From Eubacteriales bacterium (GTDB lineage: Bacteria; Bacillota; Clostridia; Oscillospirales; QAKW01), in contig JAZQDW010000056.1 of assembly GCA_045546995.1 (NCBI GenBank), forward strand, positions 3,701 through 67,700: a DNA stretch of 64,000 bases, in the 5' to 3' direction. Under the pieces are notes generated by a model. The model was given only the letters and a program-made list of their open reading frames with translations. It did no database searches and had not been told where the DNA came from. The position numbers were made by a program, and so were the translations under genes. Of this stretch, positions 31,901 to 42,642 are shown in pieces; the first letter of the stretch is position 1; the number at the start of each line of letters is the position of its first letter.

Positions 31901-32582
31901 CAACCCCGAAACCGGTGAAGAGAAGCAGTTTATGATTCCGTTTGGCATCAAGTATAAGCAAGAACTGGAAGGCACTCACGTTGCTAAGGGTCAGATCATC
32001 ACTGATGGTGTGCCCAATCCTCACGACATACTTCGTCTGAACGGCGACATTGCCGTGCAGGATTACCTCATTAAAGAGGTACAAAAGGTTTACCGTATGC
32101 AGGGTGTTGATATCAACGATAAGCATATCGAGGTTATCGTTCGCCAGATGATCAAGAAGGTTCGTATCATCGAGCGCGGTTCCACCGATTTTCTGGTTGG
32201 CTCTTTGGCTGATCGTTATGAGGTCGATACCGCTAATGAGGCGATTCGTCAGCGGATCGCAGCAGGGGAGGCCGGCCTGACCGAAGCGACCTATGAGGTG
32301 ATCCTGCTTGGTATCACCAAGGCTGCCTTGGCTACCGATTCCTTCATGTCTGCCGCTTCCTTCCAGGAGACCACTCGTGTACTGACCGATGCTGCCATTC
32401 ACGGCAAGATCGATCATCTGGTTGGTCTGAAGGAAAACGTTATTATCGGTCGTCTGATCCCTGCCGGTACCGGCTTGTCCATGTATCGCAGTGTTGATAT
32501 GGAGATCGCTTCTCCCGAAATCGAAAATGACGATACCTTTACCACTGAAAAAGTTGTCGCCGGTGTGCAAGAAAATGCTTGA
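28998..32582 (+). CDS. rpoC: RNA polymerase beta' subunit
   Basis: [13 protein letters not shown], Zn ribbon CHCGKYK...[21 protein letters not shown]. Confidence 0.99.
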   Translation: MEFNAFEAIKIGLASPDKIREWSYGEVKKPETINYRTLKPEKEGLFCEKIFGPTKDWECHCGKYKRIRYKGKVCDKCGVEVTRAKVRRERMGHIELATPVSHIWYFKGIPARMGLMLDMTPKDLEKVLYFDSYIIVDPGDTPLMKKQIVTDREYMELQERYEDDFRAGMGAEAIKELLAEIDLEELATELREEFETATGQKRARLAKRIEVVEAFRQSGNRPEWMILDVIPVIPPDIRPMVQLDGGRFATSDLNDLYRRVINRNNRLKRLLELGAPDVIVRNEKRILQQAVDALIDNGRRGRPVTGQNNRPLKSLSDMLKGKQGRFRQNLLGKRVDYSGRSVIVVGPELKIYQCGLPKEMAIELFKPFVMKKLVADGLATNIKSAKKMVEKLRTEVWDALDAVIKEHPVMLNRAPTLHRLGIQAFEPVLVEGRALKLHPLVCTAFNADFDGDQMAVHVPLSAEAQAEARFLMLSANNLLKPQDGRPVAVPTQDMVLGSYYLTIIKEDEPGAGKAFKDVDEAKLAYDVGAIGLHAPIKVRMTKEVDGEKRSGIIETTIGKLIFNQPIPQDLGFVDRSKPENEFALEVDFLVTKGGLNKIVDRCIRVHGSTETAEILDAIKAQGYKFSTRGAITVSCADMSVPPEKEALIAEAEEKVAKITRDYRRGKMTDEGRYRMVIDTWNDTTKLVTDALQQNLDEFNPIFMMANSGARGSMNQIRQLAGMRGLMANTSGKAIEIPIRANFREGLNVIEYFISSRGARKGMADTALRTADSGYLTRRLVDVSQEVIIREQDCGSKQGIMVCDIVEGGGIIEGMKDRLLGRYLVNDFVDPATGEVLVSNEKMMDEDDAAKIIATGVTEVEIRSTLTCHLMHGVCAKCYGANMANGKGVNVGEAVGIIAAQSIGEPGTQLTMRTFHTGGVASAEDITQGLPRVEELFEGRKPKKTAILAEDEGILTTEDEGNIKRATIRNPETGEEKQFMIPFGIKYKQELEGTHVAKGQIITDGVPNPHDILRLNGDIAVQDYLIKEVQKVYRMQGVDINDKHIEVIVRQMIKKVRIIERGSTDFLVGSLADRYEVDTANEAIRQRIAAGEAGLTEATYEVILLGITKAALATDSFMSAASFQETTRVLTDAAIHGKIDHLVGLKENVIIGRLIPAGTGLSMYRSVDMEIASPEIENDDTFTTEKVVAGVQENA

Positions 32583-32740
32583 CATCTTGACAAAAATATG
32601 TTAATTTAATATTTGGTGCCGTATGGGCACTGAAAAGTAAATAGCCTGCCGAGTATCGACAGGCTATTTACTATGTTTGATTGCAGGACGTTTTTGTATA
32701 GAAATGTCTTCAATATAAATAATAAAGAAGGAGGTGCCAT

Positions 32741-33160
32741 ATGCCTACATTTAACCAGCTCGTCAGAAAGGGTCGTGAGATGTCTGAAAAGAAGTCTACT
32801 GCTCCCGCTTTGAATAGAGGCTTGAATACGCTGCGTGGTCGTGCCATTCAGTCCAATTCTCCTCAGAAGCGTGGTGTTTGCACTGCTGTTAAGACTTCCA
32901 CTCCCAAGAAGCCTAACTCTGCTCTTAGAAAAATCGCCAGAGTTCGTTTGACCAACGGTATGGAAGTTACTTCTTACATTCCCGGTATCGGTCACAACCT
33001 GCAGGAGCATAGCGTGGTTTTGATCCGTGGCGGCAGAGTTAAGGACTTGCCCGGTGTGCGTTATCACATCATTCGCGGTACTCTGGATACTCAGGGTGTT
33101 GCCAATCGTCTGCAGCCCCGCTCCAAGTACGGTGCAAAGAGACCCAAGGCCGGCAAGTAA
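32741..33160 (+). CDS. rpsL: 30S ribosomal protein S12
   Basis: [33 protein letters not shown]. Confidence 0.99.
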   Translation: MPTFNQLVRKGREMSEKKSTAPALNRGLNTLRGRAIQSNSPQKRGVCTAVKTSTPKKPNSALRKIARVRLTNGMEVTSYIPGIGHNLQEHSVVLIRGGRVKDLPGVRYHIIRGTLDTQGVANRLQPRSKYGAKRPKAGK

Positions 33161-33314
33161 TTTACTGCCAAACAAAATTGCTTTCATCATTTGAAAAAGC
33201 AAAAACTGCTTTTAGAGTGTTTAATATATTAAACCTCTTTAAGCTGACGGAGACCCCCGCGCGGGTTTTCGAGTACCTAAGAGATCATATTATTATAATG
33301 AAGGAGGGAAGAAC

Positions 33315-33785
33315 ATGCCTAGAAGAGGTTTTGTCCCCAAAAGAGATGTTTTGCCCGATCCCGTCTACCAGAGCAAGTTGGTTACCAAGCTGATCAACAA
33401 CATCATGTATGACGGCAAAAAGGGTGTGGCTCAGAAGATCGTTTACGATGCTTTTGAGACTGTTAGAGCAAAAACCGGTAAGGATCCTATGGATGCCTTT
33501 AATGAGGCTATGGAAAACATTATGCCTCAGTTGGAAGTTAAGGCTCGCCGTGTAGGTGGTGCTAACTACCAGGTACCCATCGAGGTAAGACCGGAAAGAC
33601 GTCAGACCCTGGGTCTGCGTTGGATCACCGCTTATTCCAGAAGCAGAAGTGAGAGAACCATGGCTGAGAGATTGGCCGGCGAGATCATGGATGCTTGCAA
33701 CGGTACCGGCGGTGCTGTTAAGAAGAAGGAAGATACCCATAAGATGGCTGAGGCCAACAAGGCCTTTGCTCATTACAGATGGTAA
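33315..33785 (+). CDS. rpsG: 30S ribosomal protein S7
   Basis: MPRRG...[11 protein letters not shown]...[15 protein letters not shown]. Confidence 0.99.
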   Translation: MPRRGFVPKRDVLPDPVYQSKLVTKLINNIMYDGKKGVAQKIVYDAFETVRAKTGKDPMDAFNEAMENIMPQLEVKARRVGGANYQVPIEVRPERRQTLGLRWITAYSRSRSERTMAERLAGEIMDACNGTGGAVKKKEDTHKMAEANKAFAHYRW

Positions 33786-33809
33786 TCCGGGTCGAGGAAA
33801 GGAGTTAAT

Positions 33810-35888
33810 ATGTCAAGAGAATTTCCCATTAACCTGTATAGAAATATTGGCATCATGGCTCATATCGACGCCGGTAAAACCACCACTACCGAAAGAATTC
33901 TGTTCTATACCGGCCGTACTCACAAAATCGGTGAGACCCATGATGGCGCTGCCACCATGGACTGGATGGAACAGGAGCAGGAGCGTGGTATTACCATCAC
34001 TTCCGCTGCTACTACCGCACACTGGAAGGGTCACCGTATCAATATCATTGATACTCCCGGACACGTTGACTTTACGGTAGAAGTTGAGCGTTCTTTGCGC
34101 GTTTTGGACGGTGCTGTTACCGTTTTGTGTGCAAAGGGCGGCGTTGAGCCCCAAAGTGAGACTGTATGGCGTCAGGCTGAGGAATATAAAGTTCCCAGAA
34201 TGTGCTATGTCAACAAGATGGATATTCTGGGCGCCGATTTTTATCGCGTCGTTGATATGCTGAAGGATCGCCTGAAGGCAAATGCAGTTCCGATTCAGCT
34301 GCCCATCGGTGCAGAGGATACCTTCCGTGGTATCGTTGATCTGGTCACCATGAAGGCAGAGGTTTATTATGATGATCTGGGTAAGGACTTCCGTGAAGAA
34401 GAGATTCCCGAAGATCTTAAAGATCAGGCCGAGGCCTATCGTGCCGAGCTGGTTGAGAAAGTTGCTGAAACCAGTGAAGAACTGATGGACAAGTACTTTG
34501 AAGATGGTGATCTGTCCGAGGCTGATCTGCGTAAGGGTATCCGCGAGGCTACCATCGGCAACACCTTTGTTCCCGTTTGTTGCGGTACTTCCTACCGCAA
34601 CAAGGGCGTTCAGCTGTTGCTGGATAACATCATTGAGTATATGCCTTCTCCCGTCGACATTCCCGCCATTAAGGGTGTTAATCCCGACAGCGGCGAAGAG
34701 GATGAGAGACAAGCAGATGATAAGGCACCTTTCAGTGCTTTGGCATTTAAGATCATGACCGACCCCTTTGTTGGTAAGTTGTGCTTCTTCCGTGTATATT
34801 CCGGTACTTTCCAGGCCGGTACTTCGGTTTACAACTCCGTTAAGGGCAGCAAGGACAGAATCGGCCGTATCGTAGCCATGCACGCTAACCATCGTGAAGA
34901 TATCACGGAGGTATTTGCCGGTGATATCGCTGCTGCTGTTGGTTTGAAGAACGTCGGTACCGGTGATACGCTGTGTGATGAGGATCATCCCATCATTCTG
35001 GAATCCATGGAATTCCCCGAGCCCGTTATTCGCGTTGCTATCGAGCCCAAGAGTAAGGCTTCTCAGGAGAAGATGGGTATTGCTTTGGCAAAACTTGCTG
35101 AAGAAGATCCCACCTTCAAGACCTATACCGATGATGAAACCGGTCAGACCATCATCGCCGGTATGGGTGAGCTCCATCTGGAGATCATCGTTGACCGTCT
35201 GTTGAGAGAATTTAAGGTTGAGGCCAATGTTGGCGCACCTCAGGTATCTTACAAAGAGACCATCCGCAAGAATGCTGACGTGGATATGAAATATGCTCGT
35301 CAGTCCGGCGGTAAGGGTCAGTACGGTCACGTTAAGATTCGTGTTACTCCCAACGAAAGCGGCGCTGGTTACGAGTTTATCAACTCCGTTGTCGGTGGTG
35401 CAGTTCCCAAGGAGTATATCCCTGCAGTTGATGCCGGTATCCAGGGCGCTATGCAGTCCGGTGTACTGGCCGGCTATGAGGTTGTTGACCTGAAGGTCGA
35501 ACTGTATGACGGTTCTTACCATGAGGTTGACTCTTCCGAAATGGCATTTAAGATCGCCGGTAGTATGGCTATTAAAGAAGCTATGCGTAAGGCTGATCCC
35601 GTTCTGCAGGAGCCCATTATGCAGGTAGACGTTGTCGTACCTGAGGAATACATGGGCGACGTTATGGGCGACCTGAACTCCCGCCGTGGTCAGATCCAGG
35701 GTATGGAGGCCATTCCCGGTGCCCAGCACATTGCAGCTCTCGTTCCTCTGAGCGAGATGTTTGGTTATGCTACCGACCTGCGTTCCAAGACCCAGGGCCG
35801 TGGTAACTATTCCATGCAGCCGCATTCTTTCCTCGAAGTGCCCAAGAGCATTGCAGAGAAAATTATTGCCGGTCGTGCTAAAAACTAA
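33810..35888 (+). CDS. fusA: Elongation factor G
   Basis: [33 protein letters not shown]. Confidence 0.99.
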   Translation: MSREFPINLYRNIGIMAHIDAGKTTTTERILFYTGRTHKIGETHDGAATMDWMEQEQERGITITSAATTAHWKGHRINIIDTPGHVDFTVEVERSLRVLDGAVTVLCAKGGVEPQSETVWRQAEEYKVPRMCYVNKMDILGADFYRVVDMLKDRLKANAVPIQLPIGAEDTFRGIVDLVTMKAEVYYDDLGKDFREEEIPEDLKDQAEAYRAELVEKVAETSEELMDKYFEDGDLSEADLRKGIREATIGNTFVPVCCGTSYRNKGVQLLLDNIIEYMPSPVDIPAIKGVNPDSGEEDERQADDKAPFSALAFKIMTDPFVGKLCFFRVYSGTFQAGTSVYNSVKGSKDRIGRIVAMHANHREDITEVFAGDIAAAVGLKNVGTGDTLCDEDHPIILESMEFPEPVIRVAIEPKSKASQEKMGIALAKLAEEDPTFKTYTDDETGQTIIAGMGELHLEIIVDRLLREFKVEANVGAPQVSYKETIRKNADVDMKYARQSGGKGQYGHVKIRVTPNESGAGYEFINSVVGGAVPKEYIPAVDAGIQGAMQSGVLAGYEVVDLKVELYDGSYHEVDSSEMAFKIAGSMAIKEAMRKADPVLQEPIMQVDVVVPEEYMGDVMGDLNSRRGQIQGMEAIPGAQHIAALVPLSEMFGYATDLRSKTQGRGNYSMQPHSFLEVPKSIAEKIIAGRAKN

Positions 35889-35978
35889 TTTATTTTCAAA
35901 AAACACTTGATTATATTTTAATTTTATATTAGAATAACTTTATCAACATTAAAAAACCTTTTAAGGAGGAATTCAACA

Positions 35979-37181
35979 ATGGCAAAAGCTAAATTTGAAA
36001 GAACTAAGCCCCACGTAAACATTGGTACCATCGGTCACGTTGACCATGGTAAGACCACCACCACTGCTGCTATCACCAAGTATCTGTCCTTCCTGGGTCA
36101 GGCCGCTTTCGAAGATTATGCAAACATCGATAAGGCTCCCGAAGAGAGAGAAAGAGGTATTACCATTAATACCGCTCACGTTGAGTATGAGACTGCAAAC
36201 CGTCACTATGCTCACGTTGACTGCCCCGGACATGCTGACTACGTTAAGAACATGATCACCGGTGCTGCTCAGATGGACGGTGGTATTCTGGTTATCGCTG
36301 CTACCGACGGTGTTATGGCTCAGACCAACGAGCACTTGCTGCTTGCCCGTCAGGTTGGTGTACCTGCAATCGTTGTTTTCATGAACAAGTGTGATGACGT
36401 TGACGATCCCGAACTGCTCGAGCTCGTTGAAATGGAAATCAGAGAAGCTCTGAGCAACTATGATTTCGATGGCGACAACGCTCCTGTTATCCAGGGTTCC
36501 GCTAAGGTTGCTTTGGACAGCACTTCCACTGATCCCAACGCTCCCGAGTATGCTTGCATCAAAGAGCTGATGGATGCTGTTGACTCTTACATTCCCACTC
36601 CCGATCGTAAGGCTGACCTGCCCTTCCTGATGCCCGTTGAGGACGTTATGACCATCTCCGGCCGTGGTACTGTTGCCACCGGTAGAGTTGAGCGTGGTAC
36701 TCTGAACACCAACGAAGAAGTTGAGATCATCGGTCTGACCGAAGAGCGCAAGAAGACCGTTTGCACCAGCATGGAAATGTTCAGAAAGATTCTGGACAAG
36801 GCCGAAGCCGGTGACAACATCGGTGCTCTGCTCCGTGGTGTTACTCGTGACGAGATCGAAAGAGGTCAGGTTCTCTGTAAGCCCGGCTCTGTAAACCCCC
36901 ACACCAAGTTCAAGGGTGAAGTTTACGTTCTGAGCAAGGAAGAGGGCGGCCGTCATAGCCCCTTCTTCTCCAACTATCGTCCCCAGTTCTATTTCAGAAC
37001 CACTGACGTTACCGGCGTTATCACTCTGCCCGAAGGCGTAGATATGTGTAAGCCTGGCGATAACGTTACCATCTCCGTTGAACTGATCACCCCCATCGCT
37101 ATCGAGAAGGGTCTGCGTTTCGCTATCCGTGAGGGTGGTAGAACTGTTGGTTCCGGCGTTGTTTCCGAAATCGAAGAGTAA
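35979..37181 (+). CDS. tuf: Elongation factor Tu
   Basis: [42 protein letters not shown]. Confidence 0.99.
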   Translation: MAKAKFERTKPHVNIGTIGHVDHGKTTTTAAITKYLSFLGQAAFEDYANIDKAPEERERGITINTAHVEYETANRHYAHVDCPGHADYVKNMITGAAQMDGGILVIAATDGVMAQTNEHLLLARQVGVPAIVVFMNKCDDVDDPELLELVEMEIREALSNYDFDGDNAPVIQGSAKVALDSTSTDPNAPEYACIKELMDAVDSYIPTPDRKADLPFLMPVEDVMTISGRGTVATGRVERGTLNTNEEVEIIGLTEERKKTVCTSMEMFRKILDKAEAGDNIGALLRGVTRDEIERGQVLCKPGSVNPHTKFKGEVYVLSKEEGGRHSPFFSNYRPQFYFRTTDVTGVITLPEGVDMCKPGDNVTISVELITPIAIEKGLRFAIREGGRTVGSGVVSEIEE

Positions 37182-37193
37182 TTAAAACACAAT

Positions 37194-37310
37194 AAACGAT
37201 TCTTTTGGGGCAGGGTGTAACTCCCTACCGGCGGTACAGTCCGCGAGCGTAAGCTGAGCAGGTGAGATTCCTGCACCGACGGTATAGTCCGGATGATAAA
37301 AAGAATGTTT
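37194..37310 (+). promoter_or_regulatory. FMN riboswitch (RFN element)
   Basis: GGGGCAGGGTGTAACTCCCTACCGGCGGT-ACAGTCCGCGA...GGTGAGATTCC...ACCGACGGTATAGTCCGGATG closed by P1 ATTCTTTT/AAAAGAAT; upstream of an ECF S component. Confidence 0.96.
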
Positions 37311-37327
37311 CGTTGTAAAACAAATAT

Positions 37328-37365
37328 GCCCCAAGGTGCCATTGGCGCCTTGGGGCTTTGTTTTT
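37328..37365 (+). terminator. Riboswitch-controlled terminator 1
   Basis: GCCCCAAGGTGCC-att-GGCGCCTTGGGGC-TTTGTTTTT. Confidence 0.88.
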
Positions 37366-37370
37366 ACCCA

Positions 37371-37405
37371 TCCCAAAAGAGTTGACTTTTGGGATTTTTC
37401 TTTTT
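37371..37405 (+). terminator. Second terminator-like hairpin in the ribU leader
   Basis: TCCCAAAAG-agttga-CTTTTGGGA-TTTTTCTTTTT. Confidence 0.65.
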
Positions 37406-37432
37406 CCAAAAGAGCGACAGAAAGGCTGACTT

Positions 37433-38149
37433 ATGAAAAAAGAAACTTTACTGCAAAATGAAACGGCACCGCAATCCCGTGTGGCGCAAAAAAAAGCCGC
37501 CGTTCGCTTTATTACTTATGGTGCGGTGCTGATTGCCATTTCCTATGCGTTGACCTTATTGCCCGGCTTTTCCATCTTTCCTGCGGCTCCGTTTTTGTCC
37601 TACGATCCGAAGGATATTGTGATCGCGCTGGGTGGATTGATGTTTGGCCCAATTATGCCCGTGATGGTGTCTGTGGTGGTTGCGTTGCTGGAAATGGTTA
37701 CCATCAGCGCAACCGGTCCCATTGGTTGCATTATGAACGTTCTTTCCACCTGCGCTTTTGCTTGCACGACCGCTTTGATTTATAAAAAGCGACGTTCATT
37801 GTCCGGTGCGGTAATCGGCCTTGTTTGCGGCGTGGCCGCAATGTCGGTCGTGATGGTATTGTGGAATTGGCTGATCACCCCTCTCTATATGGGCGTACCG
37901 AGAGAAGCGATTGTCAATATGCTCCTGCCGGTATTTCTGCCCTTCAACCTGCTGAAGGGTGGTATCAATGCAACGTTTACCTTTTTGCTGTATAAACCGG
38001 TTGTTGGCGCCCTGCGCCGCGCACGCTTGCTGCCCGCAATGGATGGAGCAGGGGAGAAACGCAAGAATTCCGTTTGGTTTGCAATTGTTGCGCTTCTGAT
38101 TTTGATTACCTGCGTGCTGATCATTTTGATCATTAAAGGAATTATTTGA
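37433..38149 (+). CDS. ribU: Riboflavin ECF transporter S component
   Basis: APFLSYDPKDI, GPIGCIMN, LPFNLLKG; downstream of an FMN riboswitch. Confidence 0.9.
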   Translation: MKKETLLQNETAPQSRVAQKKAAVRFITYGAVLIAISYALTLLPGFSIFPAAPFLSYDPKDIVIALGGLMFGPIMPVMVSVVVALLEMVTISATGPIGCIMNVLSTCAFACTTALIYKKRRSLSGAVIGLVCGVAAMSVVMVLWNWLITPLYMGVPREAIVNMLLPVFLPFNLLKGGINATFTFLLYKPVVGALRRARLLPAMDGAGEKRKNSVWFAIVALLILITCVLIILIIKGII

Positions 38150-38382
38150 TTGATATCATACTTTTGAGCGCTATGGCATTTTGTCATAGCGCTTATTAAT
38201 TATTTTGATGAATTTGCGTATAGATCAAATCGGGAATTTACTTTGATATTATAACAAATTATGCTCTCAGCATAGGACACTTTGCCAATAATGTGATATA
38301 ATTTATGTATATAGTGAATAGTGTTTACATTTTGCCTATTTGGTGTTATAATGATGCTATTAAGTGAAAAGGAGATGGAACT

Positions 38383-39672
38383 ATGAAAAAACGTATAATT
38401 GCAATGTTGATGGCCGTAATGATTCTCACCGGTCTATTCAGCGGTTTTTCTGTATCTGCCGTCGGCGGTAAATGCGGTGACAATGCCTATTGGTCTATCA
38501 GTGGAAACGTGTTGACCATTACGGGGAAAGGTGCAATTTACGATTACACTGCTCCGGCGCAAACACCATTTGATAATCCGCCGTGGATTCCATACAGCGA
38601 CAATGTGAATACAGTTGTCGTGTCCAAGGGAATTACTCGGATCGGTAGAGAGAATTTTGCCGTTTGGCCGGAGTATATCAGTATTACTTTGCCGGATGGC
38701 TTGCTGGAGATTGGTGAGGCTGCTTTTGCTGAAAACACCTTTAAAAAAATCACTATTCCCAACAGCGTAACTAAAATTGGATGGTGCGCTTTTGCGGACA
38801 ATAACGAATTGGAGGAAGTCATTCTCTCAAAAAATCTAAAGGAAATTGGCAGTCACGCTTTTGTTGGTTGCAACAATTTGAAGAAAATCACTATTCCGGC
38901 GGGTGTTACCAAAATTGGCGAGCACGCCTTAGGATATTGGGGCACCTACTTCCCCGGTCACTGCGGTGGTTGTGGACATGTTGCGGATCCGAAATTCCAT
39001 GATGATCCATATAGAATCGGTTTGACAATTTATTGTGAAAAAGGTAGTGCTGCTCATAAATATGCCGTGTCCGAGCAAATGAACTTTAGATTCACAAACG
39101 TCTGCGAAAAATTTACCGACGTTCTTAAAACGGATTGGTACCATAAAAACGGCGCCATTCATTACTGTGTAGATAAAAAACTGTTCAGCGGCACTTCCGC
39201 CACCACCTTCGGTCCCACCAAGAATATGACTCGTGCTATGTTTGTGACGGTGCTGGGACGCCTGCACGGACAATCGGTCAACCACAAGGTGACAACGGCC
39301 TTTATTGATGTTAAGAAAAATCAGTATTATACCGGCTACGTGAAATGGGCCTATGAAAATGAAATCGTAGCGGGTACTTCCAAAAGAAAGTTCGAGCCTA
39401 ATGCCAACATCACTCGTGAACAGATTTGCGCAATGATGCTCCGTTACAGTAATTATGCCGGCATTCGTATCAAGCAGTTCTATAAGGTCATTACCTTCAG
39501 CGATGCCGACCGGATCTCCGCTTGGGCGAGCGATGCTGTGCGCGCCTGCCAACAAGGGGGATTGGTTACCGGTGAAAAGGTGGGCTCTTCTTACCGTTTC
39601 CGTCCCAAAGGTAGCGCCTCCAGGGCAGAGGTTGCCACGATTATGATGAATTATTCCAAAACTTACAAATAA
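38383..39672 (+). CDS. Secreted BspA-type leucine-rich-repeat protein with three C-terminal SLH domains
   Basis: Signal peptide; ITIPNSVTKIGWCAF-type repeats; SLH motifs MTRAMFV, ITREQIC, ASRAEVA. Confidence 0.9.
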   Translation: MKKRIIAMLMAVMILTGLFSGFSVSAVGGKCGDNAYWSISGNVLTITGKGAIYDYTAPAQTPFDNPPWIPYSDNVNTVVVSKGITRIGRENFAVWPEYISITLPDGLLEIGEAAFAENTFKKITIPNSVTKIGWCAFADNNELEEVILSKNLKEIGSHAFVGCNNLKKITIPAGVTKIGEHALGYWGTYFPGHCGGCGHVADPKFHDDPYRIGLTIYCEKGSAAHKYAVSEQMNFRFTNVCEKFTDVLKTDWYHKNGAIHYCVDKKLFSGTSATTFGPTKNMTRAMFVTVLGRLHGQSVNHKVTTAFIDVKKNQYYTGYVKWAYENEIVAGTSKRKFEPNANITREQICAMMLRYSNYAGIRIKQFYKVITFSDADRISAWASDAVRACQQGGLVTGEKVGSSYRFRPKGSASRAEVATIMMNYSKTYK

Positions 39673-39743
39673 GGGCTTTAAGTGGTGAGCTTCGTGCGGA
39701 TCAAAAGATTGGCATTGTAGTTGCCGCAATCTATTAATAAAAT

Positions 39744-39782
39744 AAAATGCGCGCACAAAGCAGTTGCTTGTGCGCGCATTTT
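39744..39782. terminator. Bidirectional terminator between the LRR-SLH gene and rnpB
   Basis: AAAATGCGCGCACAA...TTGTGCGCGCATTTT. Confidence 0.8.
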
Positions 39783-39792
39783 GTTTTATGTG

Positions 39793-40121
39793 GTGAGCAA
39801 ACCGTAAGCCGAGTTCTGTATTTGGCGGTCATCTATCTCGAATGTATGTTGCCACACATCTCCAGCCACCTTTCGAAGCCGGCCGGACCGACCCATTGCT
39901 TCTGCTGGTGTTGCATCGAATAGGGTTTACAGACCCTCTATGTCACCATAGAGCGTGGTGAGCTCTTACCTCGCCTTTCCACCCTTACCTGTAAAAACAG
40001 GCGGTATATCTCTGTTGCACTATCCCTAAGGTCGCCCTCGGTGGGTGTTACCCACTATCCTGTCCTGTGATGCTCGGACTTTCCTCACAGATTGCTCTGC
40101 GCGACCGTCTGGTTTACTCAC
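39793..40121 (-). ncRNA. rnpB: RNase P RNA (bacterial class A)
   Basis: Minus strand GAGGAAAGTCCGAGC...GTGCAACAGAG...GGTGGAAAGG...GGTAAGAGC...TGTAAACCC...AGATAGATGACCGCC...ACAGAACTCGGCTTAC; P1 GTGAGTAAAC/GTTTGCTCAC. Confidence 0.97.
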
Positions 40122-40221
40122 AAGGTTAGTTTAGCATATTTTTTTCCAAAAGTAAATCCTAAAATGATATTGATAAATCGTTTTTCTTTTACTATAATAT
40201 AAAATGTAAAGGAGTGGAAAT

Positions 40222-41628
40222 ATGTATTTACAAAAAATCAATGATTATTTTAAATCTTTACAAAATAAATCGGTTACGGTGCTGGGAATCGGTGTTTCTC
40301 ATTTGCCCTTGATTGAAATGCTGGTAAAGAAAGGCATTTCCGTCACCGCCTGTGACCGTCGGGACGAGGTGGCCTTGGGCGCCGAGGCCGAGCATCTGAA
40401 ACAGCTGGGCGTTGCTTTGCAGCTTGGCGAGGACTATTTGGAGCATCTTACGGGCGACGTGATTTTTAAAACACCTGGTATGCGTTTTGATCTGCCGCAG
40501 TTAGCCGCCGCCGTGGCGCGGGGCAGTGTGTTGACCAGCGAAATGGAAGTGTTTTTTGACCTTTGCCCCTGCAAGATCATTGCGGTTACCGGTTCGGACG
40601 GCAAAACCACTACCACTACGCTGATTTCCGAAATGCTCAAGACCGCGGGATATACAGTACATCTGGGCGGCAATATTGGTAAACCCTTGCTGCCGGAAAT
40701 CGAAACTATCGGACGTGACGACGTGGCGGTGGTGGAATTGTCCAGTTTTCAGTTGCATACTATGCGTCGCTCGCCGACTGTGGCGGTAATGACGAATCTG
40801 GCTCCCAATCATCTGGATATGCATAAGGGTATGGAAGAATACGTGGAGGCCAAACAAAATATTTACCGCTATCAGGGCAAAAATGACCTGCTGGTCTTGA
40901 ATTACGACAATGATATAACTCGTCCTTTTGCAGAAGAAAGCACCGCAAACGTGCGCTTTTTTAGCTTCAAGAACGAACAGAACGGCGGCATTTACTATCG
41001 TGATGGTCAGGTGATCGACGCCACAACGTCGCCCGAGCGAGTCTTGCTTTGTCGGGAGGATATCGCCTTGCCCGGCAATCATAACGTTGAAAATTATATG
41101 GCCGCCATTGCCGCCGTGCGGGAAATGGTGTCCGATGAGGATATCTTGCAGGTTGCCCGTAACTTCGGCGGCGTAAAACATCGGATCGAATTTGTCAGAG
41201 AGGTAAGCGGCGTTCGGTTTTATAACGACTCGATCGCATCTTCTCCTACCCGCACCCTTGCCAGTATCCGTGCCTTTGATCAAAAGGTGCATTTGCTGGC
41301 CGGTGGATATGATAAACTGATTCCCTTTGACGAAATGGGGCAGGTGTTGCCGCAATATGTAAAGGCGCTGTATCTCAGCGGTCACACCGCCGCAAAGATC
41401 CGTGCGGCGGTCGAGCAGGGAAGTCAATACGATGCCGCCGATCTGCCCATTTACGAATTCGAGGATTATCGGCAGGCGGTGGAATGCGCCTATGCTAAGG
41501 CAGAGCCGGGGGACGTTGTGATTTTGTCTCCCTCCTGCGCCAGCTTTGATCATTTTAAAAACTTTGAGGTCCGCGGAGAATATTTTATTAACTGTGTAAA
41601 GGAACTGAAAGAAAAATGCAGCGAATGA
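40222..41628 (+). CDS. murD: UDP-N-acetylmuramoyl-L-alanine--D-glutamate ligase
   Basis: VTGSDGKTTTT, GGNIG, ELSSFQL, NHLDMH, YNDS, LSPSCASFDHFKNFEVRG. Confidence 0.96.
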   Translation: MYLQKINDYFKSLQNKSVTVLGIGVSHLPLIEMLVKKGISVTACDRRDEVALGAEAEHLKQLGVALQLGEDYLEHLTGDVIFKTPGMRFDLPQLAAAVARGSVLTSEMEVFFDLCPCKIIAVTGSDGKTTTTTLISEMLKTAGYTVHLGGNIGKPLLPEIETIGRDDVAVVELSSFQLHTMRRSPTVAVMTNLAPNHLDMHKGMEEYVEAKQNIYRYQGKNDLLVLNYDNDITRPFAEESTANVRFFSFKNEQNGGIYYRDGQVIDATTSPERVLLCREDIALPGNHNVENYMAAIAAVREMVSDEDILQVARNFGGVKHRIEFVREVSGVRFYNDSIASSPTRTLASIRAFDQKVHLLAGGYDKLIPFDEMGQVLPQYVKALYLSGHTAAKIRAAVEQGSQYDAADLPIYEFEDYRQAVECAYAKAEPGDVVILSPSCASFDHFKNFEVRGEYFINCVKELKEKCSE

Positions 41629-42641
41629 AAACCATTTTGAAAAATTTGTGCAACATTTCTGCCGTTACCGGAGACGAGCGACACGCCCGTGGTCTGGTCG
41701 AACAGTTGCGTCCGTTTTGCGATCAAGTGCGGCAGCTTCCTTGCGGCAGTATTGTTGCCCTGAAAAAGAGTGCAAATCCAAATGCAAAAAAGCTGATGCT
41801 GGATGCCCATCTGGATCAGATCGGTTTGATGGTAACGAAAATTGATGATAATGGATTTGTACATTTTTGTGATCATGCAGGGGTGGATCCCAAAATTCTG
41901 CCCGGCGCCTCGGTGATCATTTTGGGCAAGCAGGCTGTGCGTGGGGTCGTTTCGGCCAAGCCACCGCATTTGCTGTCGGATGAGGAACGGGAAAAACCTG
42001 TCAAGGTTGAAAATATGACCGTTGACGTGGGTCTTTCGGCAGAGCAGGCCAAAAAGGTGATTCGTGTCGGCGACAAGATCGCCATGGATTGCTACGTGGG
42101 CGATATGCTCAATCATTGTGTGACGGGACGCTCTTTGGACGATCGTGCCGGTTGCGCTGTTTTGTTGTCTTTGCTGGATATGCTGAAAAACGAGGAAACG
42201 GATATGGATGTTTGTGTCGTGCTCAGCAGTGGCGAAGAATTCAGCGGCTTTGGCGCCGTGGCAGCAGCGCTGGATGTTGTGCCGGATGAGGCCATTGTTT
42301 TGGATGTTTCTCATGCGGATATGCCCGCTGCCCGCAGTGAAGATTGCGGCGAATTGGGCAAGGGCGTGATGATCGGCATCTCTCCGGTGCTGGACAGGGG
42401 GATCACCGGACAGTTGTTGGCGTTGGCCCGTGACCGTAAAATTCCTTATCAGCGGGAAGCAATGGGTGGCAACACTTACACAAATGCCGATGCGATCGTG
42501 CCTTTGTGCGGCGGTGTGCCCACGGCGTTACTCAGTATTCCTCTGCGCTATATGCACACGCCGCAAGAGGTGATCTCGCTGGAGGATCTGGTCAGCGTGC
42601 GCGCTTTATTGATGGCTTATCTCGGAAAGGAGCGTGGCTGA
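41616..42641 (+). CDS. M42 (TET-like) metallo-aminopeptidase 1
   Basis: DAHLDQIG, SLDDRAG, GEEF, LDV, IPLRYMHTP. Confidence 0.9.
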   Translation: MQRMKTILKNLCNISAVTGDERHARGLVEQLRPFCDQVRQLPCGSIVALKKSANPNAKKLMLDAHLDQIGLMVTKIDDNGFVHFCDHAGVDPKILPGASVIILGKQAVRGVVSAKPPHLLSDEEREKPVKVENMTVDVGLSAEQAKKVIRVGDKIAMDCYVGDMLNHCVTGRSLDDRAGCAVLLSLLDMLKNEETDMDVCVVLSSGEEFSGFGAVAAALDVVPDEAIVLDVSHADMPAARSEDCGELGKGVMIGISPVLDRGITGQLLALARDRKIPYQREAMGGNTYTNADAIVPLCGGVPTALLSIPLRYMHTPQEVISLEDLVSVRALLMAYLGKERG

Positions 42642-42642
42642 T

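Noticed and set aside
25170..36956. Very long antisense ORFs opposite rpoB, rpoC, fusA and tuf (up to 1019 aa)
   Set aside because: Shadow frames caused by codon bias in highly expressed genes; no RBS or recognisable domains
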